Positions 34,592 through 44,632 of a stretch of DNA of 64,000 nt are shown in pieces (within the stretch, counting starts at the first letter, position 1; each line of letters starts with the position of its first letter). A program made the position numbers and the translations under genes. The DNA comes from a virus. Taxonomy: Duplodnaviria; Caudoviricetes. Where the stretch lies: IMG/VR virus record IMGVR_UViG_3300011115_000575, positions 1,708 to 65,707 of that record. One strand, written 5' to 3'. The notes below the pieces were generated by a model. The model saw only the letters and a list, made by a program, of their open reading frames with translations. It made no database searches and was not told where the DNA came from.

Positions 34592-35233
34592 CTATTGACC
34601 TTCTTGTTGACTAGCCATTTCAGCTTGTGAAACTCTACCTCCGCTAATTATATTTAATACTTCTGTAATTACAGCAGACTCTACTTCAGGAGATATAGGT
34701 AACATATCGTTGTCCCCAAATTGAGAAAAGTCAGATGCTAGTATGTTTATAATAACAGAAGTTATTGAACCGTTTCCTACTAATGTAATGTCCTTTGTAA
34801 AGTAAACTCTCTTGTTCTGTACATAGTAACCAATCTGTCCTTCTAAGTAACTTAGGTTAGCCCCTTGGAATACTAGTACGTCTTGTGCGGGGATAGGTAT
34901 GTAGGGAGTCATTGCTGCATTAGATGCGGCTATACTCCATATTCCCATATTCAATGGCAATGTTAGTGGTATAACGGGCAACGTTGCATAAGAACGACTA
35001 TTGCCTGAGTCAGATACTACTGTTGCGGTATATTCAATAAGACTACACTTAGGAATATCTACTAATCCTGCCTTAAATGACTCAGCTACTTCAAGTTTTA
35101 ATATCTTGTTAATAGCTTGATTTACAAGGAGCATTACCTCCCTTAAATCAATAACGTCCGAGGGGTTATCTTTGTCTAAAAAGCGAGCATAAATACGCTG
35201 AATTTGCTCGGATAAAATATACTTTGTAGTCAT
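34592..35233 (-). CDS. Tail ring protein
   Basis: Size and synteny; Y..LP..P..LP motif. Confidence 0.55.
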   Translation of the reverse strand: MTTKYILSEQIQRIYARFLDKDNPSDVIDLREVMLLVNQAINKILKLEVAESFKAGLVDIPKCSLIEYTATVVSDSGNSRSYATLPVIPLTLPLNMGIWSIAASNAAMTPYIPIPAQDVLVFQGANLSYLEGQIGYYVQNKRVYFTKDITLVGNGSITSVIINILASDFSQFGDNDMLPISPEVESAVITEVLNIISGGRVSQAEMASQQEGQ

Positions 35234-35898
35234 TATGCGTATCTTAAATATGTGTCATTTTTACCTTTGCCATTTAATTTACTTCTTAATGTAGAGTAAA
35301 TAATTTGATAGGCTTCCGATGCCTCTTTCATTGTGTCATAAAAAACCCCATTTTGTTCATTTATTAAAATCTTGAACCTTTTGCTATTAACTCCTGATAT
35401 ACTTTCTAATATTGCATTTCTAGTATTGTCTGGCATATCCTTCCCGAAATTCCAATGTTTTTCTTTAGATTGAGCTAGTGACATTTTTATTTTTGTTTCT
35501 ATTGTATGTAATTTGCCAAGCATTTTATTTCTGACGTGCTCTGCCATTTTTCTCCCTTTTAATTTGTTGCTATGAGAAATTCTCCATTCTTCTGTTGGGC
35601 AATACCCACATACTCCATCTCCTCCATCAGTCATATTGCAAAGTATACCATCTTTATTTTTAGATTTTCTTTTATATAAAGATATTAACTCCTTTTCTTT
35701 TATACACGCATTATTCCAATCTAATTCATCAAATAAAATTTCAACCTTATAATCACTATTTTCAACTATTCTAGTCCAATGTATATTTCTATTTTTCTTA
35801 GAAAACGCTCTATTAAATTTTCCATTATCATCGCTTCCAATTCCAATGTAAAATGGTTCATTTTTATCTAATCTTATATGCCTATATACGTATGCCAT
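35233..35898 (-). CDS. GIY-YIG-like homing endonuclease with NUMOD3 repeats
   Basis: YVYRH......PFYIGIG, NMTDGGDG, HTIETKIKMS. Confidence 0.8.
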   Translation of the reverse strand: MAYVYRHIRLDKNEPFYIGIGSDDNGKFNRAFSKKNRNIHWTRIVENSDYKVEILFDELDWNNACIKEKELISLYKRKSKNKDGILCNMTDGGDGVCGYCPTEEWRISHSNKLKGRKMAEHVRNKMLGKLHTIETKIKMSLAQSKEKHWNFGKDMPDNTRNAILESISGVNSKRFKILINEQNGVFYDTMKEASEAYQIIYSTLRSKLNGKGKNDTYLRYA

Positions 35899-36572
35899 TA
35901 TCTCTCATCGTTTCGCTGGTTACCATCTTTTATTTGTTCCGTTTGAATAAGAACAGGATTTTCTAATGTTACCCCTAAGTACATTAAAGTTCTTGCATAA
36001 ATGTCACCCAAGAATCTATCTGAAATATCTAAGTCTACAGAACCAGAAGATGTATAAGTTATATTACCATTAGATGTGGTATAAGCATAAACTGCTACGT
36101 CTGGCTTCTTTACATAAACAAGTGTATATGCATAGTTGCCTGATACGGGTACAGGAGAAAATTGAATCTTAGGAGCGTTTGTGCTATCTAAATAAATAGT
36201 TGCCGCAGGGTATGAAGTGCTTGGGGTTATTATCTTAGAGTTTGTTACCTCTAGAAACTGGTCCCAATTATATAACGTACCTTCAATTAAATTGCCATCA
36301 ACTGTTATATAAACAGTTAACCCCTCTAAATAATCAGCAGGTAAGGACTGAATGCCTGTCGAAGAACCAACTGTAAAAGAAGTTCTTTTGGTTAGTAAGT
36401 GGTCGTAGTCAAAATGCTTTGTCTTCTTGAACTTAAAAACAACGGCTGAAATCCAATCGGAAACAGCTCTGTTTAAGTACATATCTATGTCTGCTGGAGA
36501 AGCAAATCCCCCTTTGTTCTTTTTTAGAATGCTTCTAATAAACTTATGTGCTTCATTGATTGAAACTGCCAT
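35898..36572 (-). CDS. Tail ring/adaptor protein
   Basis: LPADY and Y.KKP motifs of podovirus adaptor proteins. Confidence 0.6.
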   Translation of the reverse strand: MAVSINEAHKFIRSILKKNKGGFASPADIDMYLNRAVSDWISAVVFKFKKTKHFDYDHLLTKRTSFTVGSSTGIQSLPADYLEGLTVYITVDGNLIEGTLYNWDQFLEVTNSKIITPSTSYPAATIYLDSTNAPKIQFSPVPVSGNYAYTLVYVKKPDVAVYAYTTSNGNITYTSSGSVDLDISDRFLGDIYARTLMYLGVTLENPVLIQTEQIKDGNQRNDER

Positions 36573-36595
36573 TATATTATTCTTTTAATTTAGAC

Positions 36596-36603
36596 CAAAG
36601 TTA
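36596..36603 (-). promoter_or_regulatory. Bacteroidota -7 promoter element
   Basis: TAACTTTG on the - strand upstream of 36572; like elements at 38212, 38831, 39126, 39149, 56962 and 63297. Confidence 0.55.
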
Positions 36604-36682
36604 ATGATTTTTTGTTATATACGACAATCCCCCAACTCATAGAATCAAGGGATTGTTAAAATATTCAATGAAAAAACTTGTA

Positions 36683-36820
36683 TTATTTACCCTGCCCTAC
36701 ATAAGGCTTACTGTAGTTCTTGCTACCCTTAGCAGAAGAAGTCTTAGTTTTTGCGTGGATACCCTTGTTGTTCTTCTTAGGTTTACTTTTAAATATTGTA
36801 ACGTTTAGTGCCTTTGCCAT
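36683..36820 (-). CDS. 45-aa basic protein (not in ORF track)
   Basis: MAKALNVTIFKVKPKKNNKGIHAKTKTSSAKGSKNYSKPYVGQGK. Confidence 0.6.
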   Translation of the reverse strand: MAKALNVTIFKSKPKKNNKGIHAKTKTSSAKGSKNYSKPYVGQGK

Positions 36821-36859
36821 AAGTTTAATTTATTTAAACGGTGCTCCCATTAGTTTAAT

Positions 36860-37339
36860 TTATTTCCCAAATATATACTTAAAGTATAAAAATCCCAAGA
36901 TAATTAAACTCTCAAATATAAATGCAGTAACTAACCAAGATGGGTACGTCACCTTTGTCACAATTTTTGTAGAATTTGTGACATCAGAAGTTTCCTTATA
37001 ACGATACTTTTTCTCATATACGCTCTTAATAGAATCAATATTTACAGTAGCTTGAATCTTGCCCCTGTAAGACCTTATAATAACCTTGCCTTGTGGTAGT
37101 GTTATCTTTGAGTAGAAAGTCGTTAAGATGCCCAAGGAATCGCAAGGGTTGTCTATTGTTAGCGTGTCGTGTACGGCATTATATTTAGTAATAACTCTTT
37201 CGTTATGTACCGTATCAATGCGTATCTTTTCGGATACAACTGTTACTACCTTAGATGGCTTACAGGACACAGTAATTAAAATGATAAATAATATCAAGTA
37301 ACTCGGCAAATTTCCGAATTTGGCACGTTTATTTTTCAT
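36860..37339 (-). CDS. Unimolecular spanin-like lipoprotein
   Basis: Lipobox ITVS-C and a C-terminal TM helix; follows the endolysin. Confidence 0.65.
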   Translation of the reverse strand: MKNKRAKFGNLPSYLILFIILITVSCKPSKVVTVVSEKIRIDTVHNERVITKYNAVHDTLTIDNPCDSLGILTTFYSKITLPQGKVIIRSYRGKIQATVNIDSIKSVYEKKYRYKETSDVTNSTKIVTKVTYPSWLVTAFIFESLIILGFLYFKYIFGK

Positions 37340-37793
37340 TAAAGTATAGTTTAATTTCTGCTATTCTTCTATTCCTTAGTCCTACATTAACAACTCCGTT
37401 TACTTTAGTCCACCTCATAAACTGAGCCTTTATTTCGTCGTCAGACTTGTAAGCATTAATATACTTTAGTAGCGTAGATTTATTTAAAGCGTTTGTCCCG
37501 CAATTATATGCAAAGCACACCAAAGCGTCGAATTCGTTCTGTTTTATATCATCTCGCGTATAACTATCTACACTTCTCTCAAAATGAACGAGTACGTCTT
37601 CCATTAAACAAGAGGCTTCATATTCGCTAATAGGCTTGTCTGACAAGTGAACTCTTTTACCATCCCTGTAATAAGTAGAACCGTATCCAATAGTTGCTAC
37701 ATCTGCCCCATCTAAATAAGGCTTTGCCCTAAATCCCTCTAGGTGTTTTAGTACGGTTAGACCGTTAGTACTAATCTTAGTTATCCTCTCCAT
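37329..37793 (-). CDS. Endolysin, GH24 lysozyme
   Basis: EG....PYLD.....TIGYG, FDALV.FAYN.G, GL.NRR.AE. Confidence 0.92.
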   Translation of the reverse strand: MERITKISTNGLTVLKHLEGFRAKPYLDGADVATIGYGSTYYRDGKRVHLSDKPISEYEASCLMEDVLVHFERSVDSYTRDDIKQNEFDALVCFAYNCGTNALNKSTLLKYINAYKSDDEIKAQFMRWTKVNGVVNVGLRNRRIAEIKLYFNEK

Positions 37794-38004
37794 CTGGATT
37801 ATCTACTTTTCTATGTCTTCTATTTGCAAACTTTGCTGCCGTTGCGTTTGTTAATGACGCAGCTAATATTCCTAGTACAATGTTCTGTAGTCCATCATTT
37901 GTTGGATAAGCTAACAATAGCCCAAAAACAACAAAAGACCCAATAATAGATATGAGTCTTGTATGAGAATACTTTCCTTCGTTTTTAAAGAAATCAGTCA
38001 ACAT
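37777..38004 (-). CDS. Putative holin
   Basis: Two TM segments; start moved to ATG 38004; adjacent to the lysin. Confidence 0.6.
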   Translation of the reverse strand: MLTDFFKNEGKYSHTRLISIIGSFVVFGLLLAYPTNDGLQNIVLGILAASLTNATAAKFANRRHRKVDNPDGEDN

Positions 38005-38191
38005 CTTTCTTAGTCTTGATAACTTGCTCTGTCTTGTAGTAGTAGTACCTGATAGCAAATGAACCTGATATGATTGCAACTATTCCTGCTACAATCCCTA
38101 CCATACTTTGGATGCTTGCTAGAGAAACAGCGGCACTAATCAAACTAAGAGTTACGTTTATTATTCCTGTTTCTGGACTGCTATTGTTCAT
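37994..38191 (-). CDS. Putative holin/membrane protein
   Basis: Hydrophobic helices with a basic tail; lysis cassette. Confidence 0.55.
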   Translation of the reverse strand: MNNSSPETGIINVTLSLISAAVSLASIQSMVGIVAGIVAIISGSFAIRYYYYKTEQVIKTKKDVD

Positions 38192-38359
38192 TTATCTTGT
38201 AAGTTACCTTACAAAGATAAACTAGAATAATCCTATCTCAAAATCTTTTTATATGTAATCTCCCAATCATTTTGGAATTTCCAAATTTTATACACCAAGA
38301 AGGCGATAGTACCTATACATATCGCCCCCCAAGATATAGCAAACCAAATTAATTGGTTA

Positions 38360-38809
38360 TTAGTCATTTTCTTTAGTTAATTCTTCCTTAACTAATTTGA
38401 ATACCAAGTTATAGTTTCCTTCAGAATCTATCTTCTCTAAGTCAGCTACAGTCAAAGGATTGTATTCAACCTCTTCTTCTTCAGATAATAACTTAGCCCA
38501 CTCGTCTTGGAACTCAATAAACTTAGGATTAACCTTTGTTTTCTCCTCGTCTAAGAACGTTTCAATACCGATGCTACCATCCTTCTCTTCGCCAAACTTC
38601 TTGATAAGCTCATCACGCAAAGTCTCGATAGTTTTCTTCTTAGCAGTTAACTTATCAGATAACTTTGTTAACCAATACTTAGTAGCTAAGTTTAATTTTT
38701 CTTTAAGAAATCCTGATAAAATTTGTTCTCCTGATTGAGGATTTACATAGCCATTTAACTCGGCTTCTAATGTTAGCAATTCTGCTAATGACAATTTAAT
38801 CTTTTCCAT
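38360..38809 (-). CDS. Hypothetical acidic helical protein
   Basis: R.ELIKKFG motif; follows the fibre genes. Confidence 0.65.
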   Translation of the reverse strand: MEKIKLSLAELLTLEAELNGYVNPQSGEQILSGFLKEKLNLATKYWLTKLSDKLTAKKKTIETLRDELIKKFGEEKDGSIGIETFLDEEKTKVNPKFIEFQDEWAKLLSEEEEVEYNPLTVADLEKIDSEGNYNLVFKLVKEELTKEND

Positions 38810-38841
38810 TCTGTTTGATTTAAAATTTTACAAATATAGTA

Positions 38842-39105
38842 CTAATTCTCCCATTTTTCTAGTGGGCACTTCTGTTCTTTTGGACTGTCTATTGGTGTAT
38901 ATATCTTACCTTGTAGAGGGCATCCACAGCTACCGCATAAGAAGTAGTTGTTAACTAATCCTCCTGTCATATTCTTTACGTCAACTTCTTGTAGTGATGG
39001 GCAAGTAGAACAAACTGCTGAACGCTTGTCAGCTAATTCTTTCTGTTCGTCTGTATGAAAAACGGCTATACCCCAAGCCTTTGCAATTGTTAAGAATTTA
39101 TTCAT
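38842..39105 (-). CDS. Small Cys-rich protein (DUF6171-like)
   Basis: R..VC..CP ... C..CGC.L..K ... CP..KW. Confidence 0.65.
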   Translation of the reverse strand: MNKFLTIAKAWGIAVFHTDEQKELADKRSAVCSTCPSLQEVDVKNMTGGLVNNYFLCGSCGCPLQGKIYTPIDSPKEQKCPLEKWEN

Positions 39106-39174
39106 CTTAATTTTGTTTGGTTGTGCAAATGTAATCTGTTTTGTTGTGCAAATATAATAATAAAAACAATAATA

Positions 39175-42021
39175 TTAACAAGTGTATGCTTCTTGTACAC
39201 TAGCTCCATTGCCGTAGTTTGTTATAACCACCGAGTACTCGTTCACACAAGGAACTTGTCCAATAACTCCTGAAGAGTTAGCGTAGAAACTGAAGTATCC
39301 TAGACCTCCATTACAGTATGTATAGTAGCCGTCAACGTAGTATCCGTAGTCGTATGCAATAATATCGTACACCTTACATACTTGAATAGCAGTACAAGAG
39401 CCTACCGAGTTAGCGTAGTTTTGTCCGTCGTTACCAAAGTTAGCGTCAGCAGTTGCCTCAGCCCCAGCTTGGTTATCTATTCCTGTGTAATAATAGGTAT
39501 TTGAATAGTTGACTATTCCTCCGTTATACCCCGCTCCGCAGTTATTTCTCGTGAAGTCTTGATTTCTATATGCAGAAGTTTGACACGGAGAACTACCTAA
39601 AGAATTACTGTCACTAACTACGTTAAAATTTCTATCTCTTAATTGATATCTTACCTGATTGCTACATTCGTGGTTTACATCTTCGTATGCATAATAATTT
39701 GTTCCCCCATAACAATAAACCCCTCTATTTGCCGAATAGTCAGGAGTTGTACTTGGTTGTGAATTAGAAGGATTTGATGACTGCCAATTACCGTTTACTA
39801 AATAAATATTTCCGCCACTATAGCATCCATTACTATTTACATAAACAGCTATAGCAGATAAGCCTCCGCTACAAGTATAGTATGTTCCTATTTGGTTGCC
39901 TTGGACTTGAGATAAATTAGCTCCGCAATCTGTCGTGTTACAAGTCTGAACTGTTTCTGTAGTTCCTGCATAATTGTTTGGAGAGCAATTGTATCTTGTT
40001 TCCCTCTTTCTAGTAGTTCCGTCACAATAATAATTCCAATATGTTCCTTGGCAACTTTGATTACAACCGCAAGAACTAGACTGAGTTGGCGTTGTATTCC
40101 TATAAGAGTTGTCACAAGTATTTCTTTCTCTGTTGCCTAAGTAATCACATCCACTACAAGTAGGGTCTGAAACCCAACAACAGCAAGAGCCATTGGCGTT
40201 AGCGTAGTTTTGTCCGTTAGCATTTACGTTTGCTACTGCGGCATTATAAGCAGACGTTGAAGCAGAAGATACTGCATCACTACAAGACGTTGTAGATACA
40301 GCTGAAGCGTACTGAGTAGGGGAAGCGTAGTTTACAGTTCCATTTCCATAGCAGTTAGCCCCACAATTGTTTCTAGTAAAGTTTGCATTGTAGTTACCCG
40401 CCACATTAGATGCTGTCCAAGTACAGTACCCCTCAGTATTATACTTAGCTTGTAATCCTGCATAGAATGCATTGTCTGCAATTACTTGAGCTTGATAGTT
40501 AGCGTCTGCTTGAGATATTGAAGATGTATAACTTCCACTTGTTGTATAAGAAGGATATCCTGCGTAGTTTAAGTACACAGTACTGCCCGCTACACTTGTT
40601 GTAGGAGAACAAGTATTGCTACAGTTGTTCTTAGTTCCTGTTACCGAATAACTTGCTGTAGCAGTAGCCGAATAAGAACAAGCTCCGTTTGTAGGTGCGG
40701 TAGTCCCCACGCTTACGTTATTCACATAGTACTGATTATATGTTGTAGAGTTAGTGTTAGTGTCCCTATAAACTAAGTAAGTTACATTTGAAGAGCAAGT
40801 ATAATATGCCTGAGATGTTAAAGTTGGTGTTCTATTATAGTCAATGTAGTTAGCCTTAGTAGCAGTTGCAGTAAATGAGTTGCTCCCTGATACACTTGCA
40901 GTATTACTAATATTAGTATTCTCACCTGTAGCCCTTACTCGTATTTTAATATAATAGTTTCCTGTATAAACAACAGTATTTGAGTTAGCATTTACTGTAA
41001 CCGTCTGCCCCGATACAGAAGCTGTCCATCCCGCAGGAACTTCAGTCATAGAGACAAATGTTACTCCTGTTGGTAAAACGTCGGTAAACACTACCCCCGT
41101 TGCAGAAACTGTACTAGCATTAGAGATTAACATTGTGTAGTCAAACTCTTGGTTATATGTTATTGTGCCTGCGTAGGGGTTTGTTTTTGTTATCGTTAAC
41201 GCAGCATAATTCAAGCTAATATAAAAATCAGAACTTAGTGGCTTATTGGTTGCATACGGAGTTGTTGACACCGTTGGTAAATAAACTATAGCGGGAGGAG
41301 ATATTACTCCATTCCAACCCGAATACAAAGCCGAAGTCATCAAGACGCTTATATGATATGCGGCAGGATTAGTAGATATATTGTAGGGATTTATCGTATT
41401 TGTAATTGTAATAGTTAACGTGCTTCCCGACAATGTAGCGGCTGTACTTGGAGTTATGACATTACCATCTCTTAGATGAAGTACAATAGGTTGCCCTCCT
41501 GATAATACACAAGACAATCCATTTGGTATTGTTAAAGTGAATACAACGTTACCCTGCGTAGATATTGTACCCGAATTTATAAAATGAAATGCGTAGTAGA
41601 ACTGATTAGCAATTATATAGTTAGATGCCTGAGTTCCTAATGAACCCGAAGAATTTTGAGATACCTTATATCCTGTACTGCTAAAGTTAGCCTTATCGTA
41701 GTTATTTAATGCAGCATACGCTGAGGTTGAAATAGTTCTTGCCTCTAGTCCAATGGTAGGTCTAAGTGCAGTTATATCTCTTCTTGCTAGTAATTGTAAT
41801 CCTGTTTTTGAAGAATAGTAGACATTGCTAGTATCATAAAATACTGTGCTATCTGTAGAGGGAACACTCCCAGACATCCTAGATTTAGTCATCGCCCTCT
41901 TAGGAGTACCCATTGTACCGTAACCTGAATTAGGCACAAGCTTTTCAGCATTAACCGCATCAGTAATATTCTCAGCAGTAATGATTTTTAACGCAGGAAT
42001 ACTATCCCAATTAGTTGGCAT
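39175..42021 (-). CDS. Cys-rich virion adhesin with DUF11 and DUF5977-like repeats
   Basis: LTITKT...YT..ISN....A.GVV.TD.LP.GVTFVS; repeated FTRNNC...GQNYAN..G.C. Confidence 0.7.
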   Translation of the reverse strand: MPTNWDSIPALKIITAENITDAVNAEKLVPNSGYGTMGTPKRAMTKSRMSGSVPSTDSTVFYDTSNVYYSSKTGLQLLARRDITALRPTIGLEARTISTSAYAALNNYDKANFSSTGYKVSQNSSGSLGTQASNYIIANQFYYAFHFINSGTISTQGNVVFTLTIPNGLSCVLSGGQPIVLHLRDGNVITPSTAATLSGSTLTITITNTINPYNISTNPAAYHISVLMTSALYSGWNGVISPPAIVYLPTVSTTPYATNKPLSSDFYISLNYAALTITKTNPYAGTITYNQEFDYTMLISNASTVSATGVVFTDVLPTGVTFVSMTEVPAGWTASVSGQTVTVNANSNTVVYTGNYYIKIRVRATGENTNISNTASVSGSNSFTATATKANYIDYNRTPTLTSQAYYTCSSNVTYLVYRDTNTNSTTYNQYYVNNVSVGTTAPTNGACSYSATATASYSVTGTKNNCSNTCSPTTSVAGSTVYLNYAGYPSYTTSGSYTSSISQADANYQAQVIADNAFYAGLQAKYNTEGYCTWTASNVAGNYNANFTRNNCGANCYGNGTVNYASPTQYASAVSTTSCSDAVSSASTSAYNAAVANVNANGQNYANANGSCCCWVSDPTCSGCDYLGNRERNTCDNSYRNTTPTQSSSCGCNQSCQGTYWNYYCDGTTRKRETRYNCSPNNYAGTTETVQTCNTTDCGANLSQVQGNQIGTYYTCSGGLSAIAVYVNSNGCYSGGNIYLVNGNWQSSNPSNSQPSTTPDYSANRGVYCYGGTNYYAYEDVNHECSNQVRYQLRDRNFNVVSDSNSLGSSPCQTSAYRNQDFTRNNCGAGYNGGIVNYSNTYYYTGIDNQAGAEATADANFGNDGQNYANSVGSCTAIQVCKVYDIIAYDYGYYVDGYYTYCNGGLGYFSFYANSSGVIGQVPCVNEYSVVITNYGNGASVQEAYTC

Positions 42022-44224
42022 TTAATTTTCTTTCTAGTTCTGCAATACGCTTCTGCAAAGATAATATAAGTAGTGTATGTGTGTCTGTATAGTTGACAGA
42101 TAAATATCCGCTATCGTCTATGTTCACTAAGTCGGGACATAGGTAGTATACGTCTTGAGCTGAATAGCCATAACGAACCTTGTCCTTGTCGTGAGTAGTT
42201 CTTAGGTACTTGATTACATCTAAAGAAGATAGGTCTACATCAGGATTCTCTCCCAATACCATCTTATGTCTAATGTCAGAATATTCAAAGAACGCAGTTG
42301 CTGTAATGTTAGCCGTTAATGTACCCGCACTTGTAGCATCAGAACCTACCGCGCAGACTTGTGCTAAGGAAGGTACTGCTCCTGCCGTAGAGTTTATTGT
42401 TACAGCTCCTAGTCCATTAGTTGGAGATATAGTTATGCCTGTGCCCGCTACAATAGAGGTAACTCCACTCTGATATTGAGGGATATTAAGGACTCCTGTA
42501 GAAGAACTATATGTTGCCGCACCACTTGTGCCTGTTGTAGTTAAACTTATTGAAGACCTCGCCTGTGCTACTGTGATGTAGTTAGCGGGATTTGCTGCAT
42601 CATAAGGAGTAAACGTTAACGCATTAGTCACGTTCAAAGATGTCAGCGTAAGTGTACCTCCTAATGTTAGACTGCCACTTGTTGTCACTGTACCCGTAAG
42701 AGTAAGTCCACTAACTGTTCCTGCTCCACTAACGCTTGTTACCGTTCCCGTGTTAGTTGTGTACCCACTTGGGTTAGAACTATTGTAAGGAGTAAATCCT
42801 AACGCAGTAGTAACGTCAGACGATAGTAATACCACATCCCCTGTTCTACCAAACACACTTGTAACCGTGTCTGTAAACGAGGCAGTTAACGTAGAGCCGT
42901 TCTGCTTAGTTAATGTTATTGTCTTTGTTGTTGTACCTCCTACCGCTAACGTTATTAAAGACCTGTCATAGGCTGTGTTCCAGTTGGTAATGTTAGTGCC
43001 TGTAATTCCAAACGAAGGAGATGCCGTAAAGATAGGGTCTGTCTCTGCGTTAGAAATCTGTTGGTAGGTAATGTTTGTTGTGCCTACTACTATAACGGTT
43101 TGGTTGGTGTTGCCGTACCTTGCGTTAATGTAAGTACCCGCTGTAATTAAGTACTGATAGCCCCTAAGTTCTGCGTCAGTATCTGAATCTGTAGACCTTG
43201 TCCAACTTCCTGATGCTGCGTCGTACACACCATTTGCAGTAGCCGTTGTTTGCCCTATAACAAGGATTCTATCTCCCGCTATAGGAGTATATCCATTGAT
43301 AGCAGAAAGTCCGCTCAGTCCAACGTTTGAGGTAGCTACCGTCTTGACAGCAGCCCCTAGTTTTAGTCCTGTTAGTGCGGTGTTGTCAACGTACTGCTTA
43401 GAGGCTGCGTGGGTTGCGTCAACAGGAGTTACAGGAACGTTTACATTAGACGTAAATGTCCAAGTGTTGTTAGCTGTAATTCCTGCTGAGTTTCCTATAA
43501 CAGGAGTGATTAAACTTGTAGATGCCCTTAGTGTGCCGTTAACATCTAACGTGTAGGCAGGAGCATTTGTTAGGATACCTAGTCTATTGTTGGTGTCATC
43601 CCAAAAGAAATGGGCGGGGTCTGAGGCTAAGGTAGTTCCGTCTGAGAATAGTACCGAACCTGCAGTTGGCATTGTAAAGGTTGTCACTAGTCCCGTGTCC
43701 CCTATGCCTAGTATTCTTGTCTTTGTAGTAGGACTTACAGGTATTAGACCTGCAATGATAAGCGAGAATAGGTTAATGATATTAAGGCTTGTAGTGTCTC
43801 CTAGGTAGATTGTTTTTAAGCTAGAGCTTGCGGAGGCTACTAGTAAGCTATTTATCCTATATCCATTTGTTAAAGAAGAAGCTCCAATGTTAATAGAGTC
43901 TCCCTTTACATCAAGTAAGTACTTAGGAGACTTGGTATTTAACCCGATTTTACTAGCGTTCTGATAAGCTACAGAATTAACCAAGTTGTCTTGTGTGTCG
44001 TTTGGCATCACAAGGTAGTTAGGGTCTGCCTCTATAGCGACGCTTGTTTCAATGGTGGTGTTTATAACCTCTGACTTAGCGGCTTTTCCTGAAGGGATTG
44101 CAGCGGGAGTTGAGACTACGGTTGTGGTGGTTGCTGATATAAAGTCAGATACGGGAACAGATACTACTGCTCCCGCATTGTCAACCATCATAATTGAAAC
44201 TATATTATCGGGTATTTTTGCCAT
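42011..44224 (-). CDS. Tail fibre protein with C-terminal S74-like chaperone
   Basis: A.KQYVD, GDRILV..QT....NGVY, VTSVFGRTG, SDIRHK. Confidence 0.8.
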   Translation of the reverse strand: MAKIPDNIVSIMMVDNAGAVVSVPVSDFISATTTTVVSTPAAIPSGKAAKSEVINTTIETSVAIEADPNYLVMPNDTQDNLVNSVAYQNASKIGLNTKSPKYLLDVKGDSINIGASSLTNGYRINSLLVASASSSLKTIYLGDTTSLNIINLFSLIIAGLIPVSPTTKTRILGIGDTGLVTTFTMPTAGSVLFSDGTTLASDPAHFFWDDTNNRLGILTNAPAYTLDVNGTLRASTSLITPVIGNSAGITANNTWTFTSNVNVPVTPVDATHAASKQYVDNTALTGLKLGAAVKTVATSNVGLSGLSAINGYTPIAGDRILVIGQTTATANGVYDAASGSWTRSTDSDTDAELRGYQYLITAGTYINARYGNTNQTVIVVGTTNITYQQISNAETDPIFTASPSFGITGTNITNWNTAYDRSLITLAVGGTTTKTITLTKQNGSTLTASFTDTVTSVFGRTGDVVLLSSDVTTALGFTPYNSSNPSGYTTNTGTVTSVSGAGTVSGLTLTGTVTTSGSLTLGGTLTLTSLNVTNALTFTPYDAANPANYITVAQARSSISLTTTGTSGAATYSSSTGVLNIPQYQSGVTSIVAGTGITISPTNGLGAVTINSTAGAVPSLAQVCAVGSDATSAGTLTANITATAFFEYSDIRHKMVLGENPDVDLSSLDVIKYLRTTHDKDKVRYGYSAQDVYYLCPDLVNIDDSGYLSVNYTDTHTLLILSLQKRIAELERKLNAN

Positions 44225-44268
44225 AAGATTAATTTATTAATCGTTGTGAACCGCAGGTGAACATTAGT

Positions 44269-44628
44269 TTATACTGTTAGTGTTGGTTCTTCTACAATAG
44301 GTGCTACTACAACAGGAATCCAAGGAAGTGGATTTACCACCACAAGAGGATTGATTTGATTATCAATATCTTGCTGTAGTCCTGCATCAATAGCCTCATA
44401 ATCAAGCCCATTTTCTAGCCATCCACATACTTGCTCAAATGTCAAGTCTGGATAGGCTGTGAAGTCTGTCTCTGAAGGAGTGGCACAACCCATTGTTCCA
44501 TAAGTATACGCTGTGTATTCTCCATCTACTGCTGTTCTACCATAGTGAACTGTGATAACCACATCCACTAACGAATCTAGGGAGGGAGCTGTATCAAGTT
44601 GATATACGCTCCAAAAAAAGTTTGTCAT
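44269..44628 (-). CDS. Tail-fibre-associated protein
   Basis: FTAYPDLTFEQVCGWL...LPW; lies among fibre genes. Confidence 0.6.
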   Translation of the reverse strand: MTNFFWSVYQLDTAPSLDSLVDVVITVHYGRTAVDGEYTAYTYGTMGCATPSETDFTAYPDLTFEQVCGWLENGLDYEAIDAGLQQDIDNQINPLVVVNPLPWIPVVVAPIVEEPTLTV

Positions 44629-44632
44629 TTGT

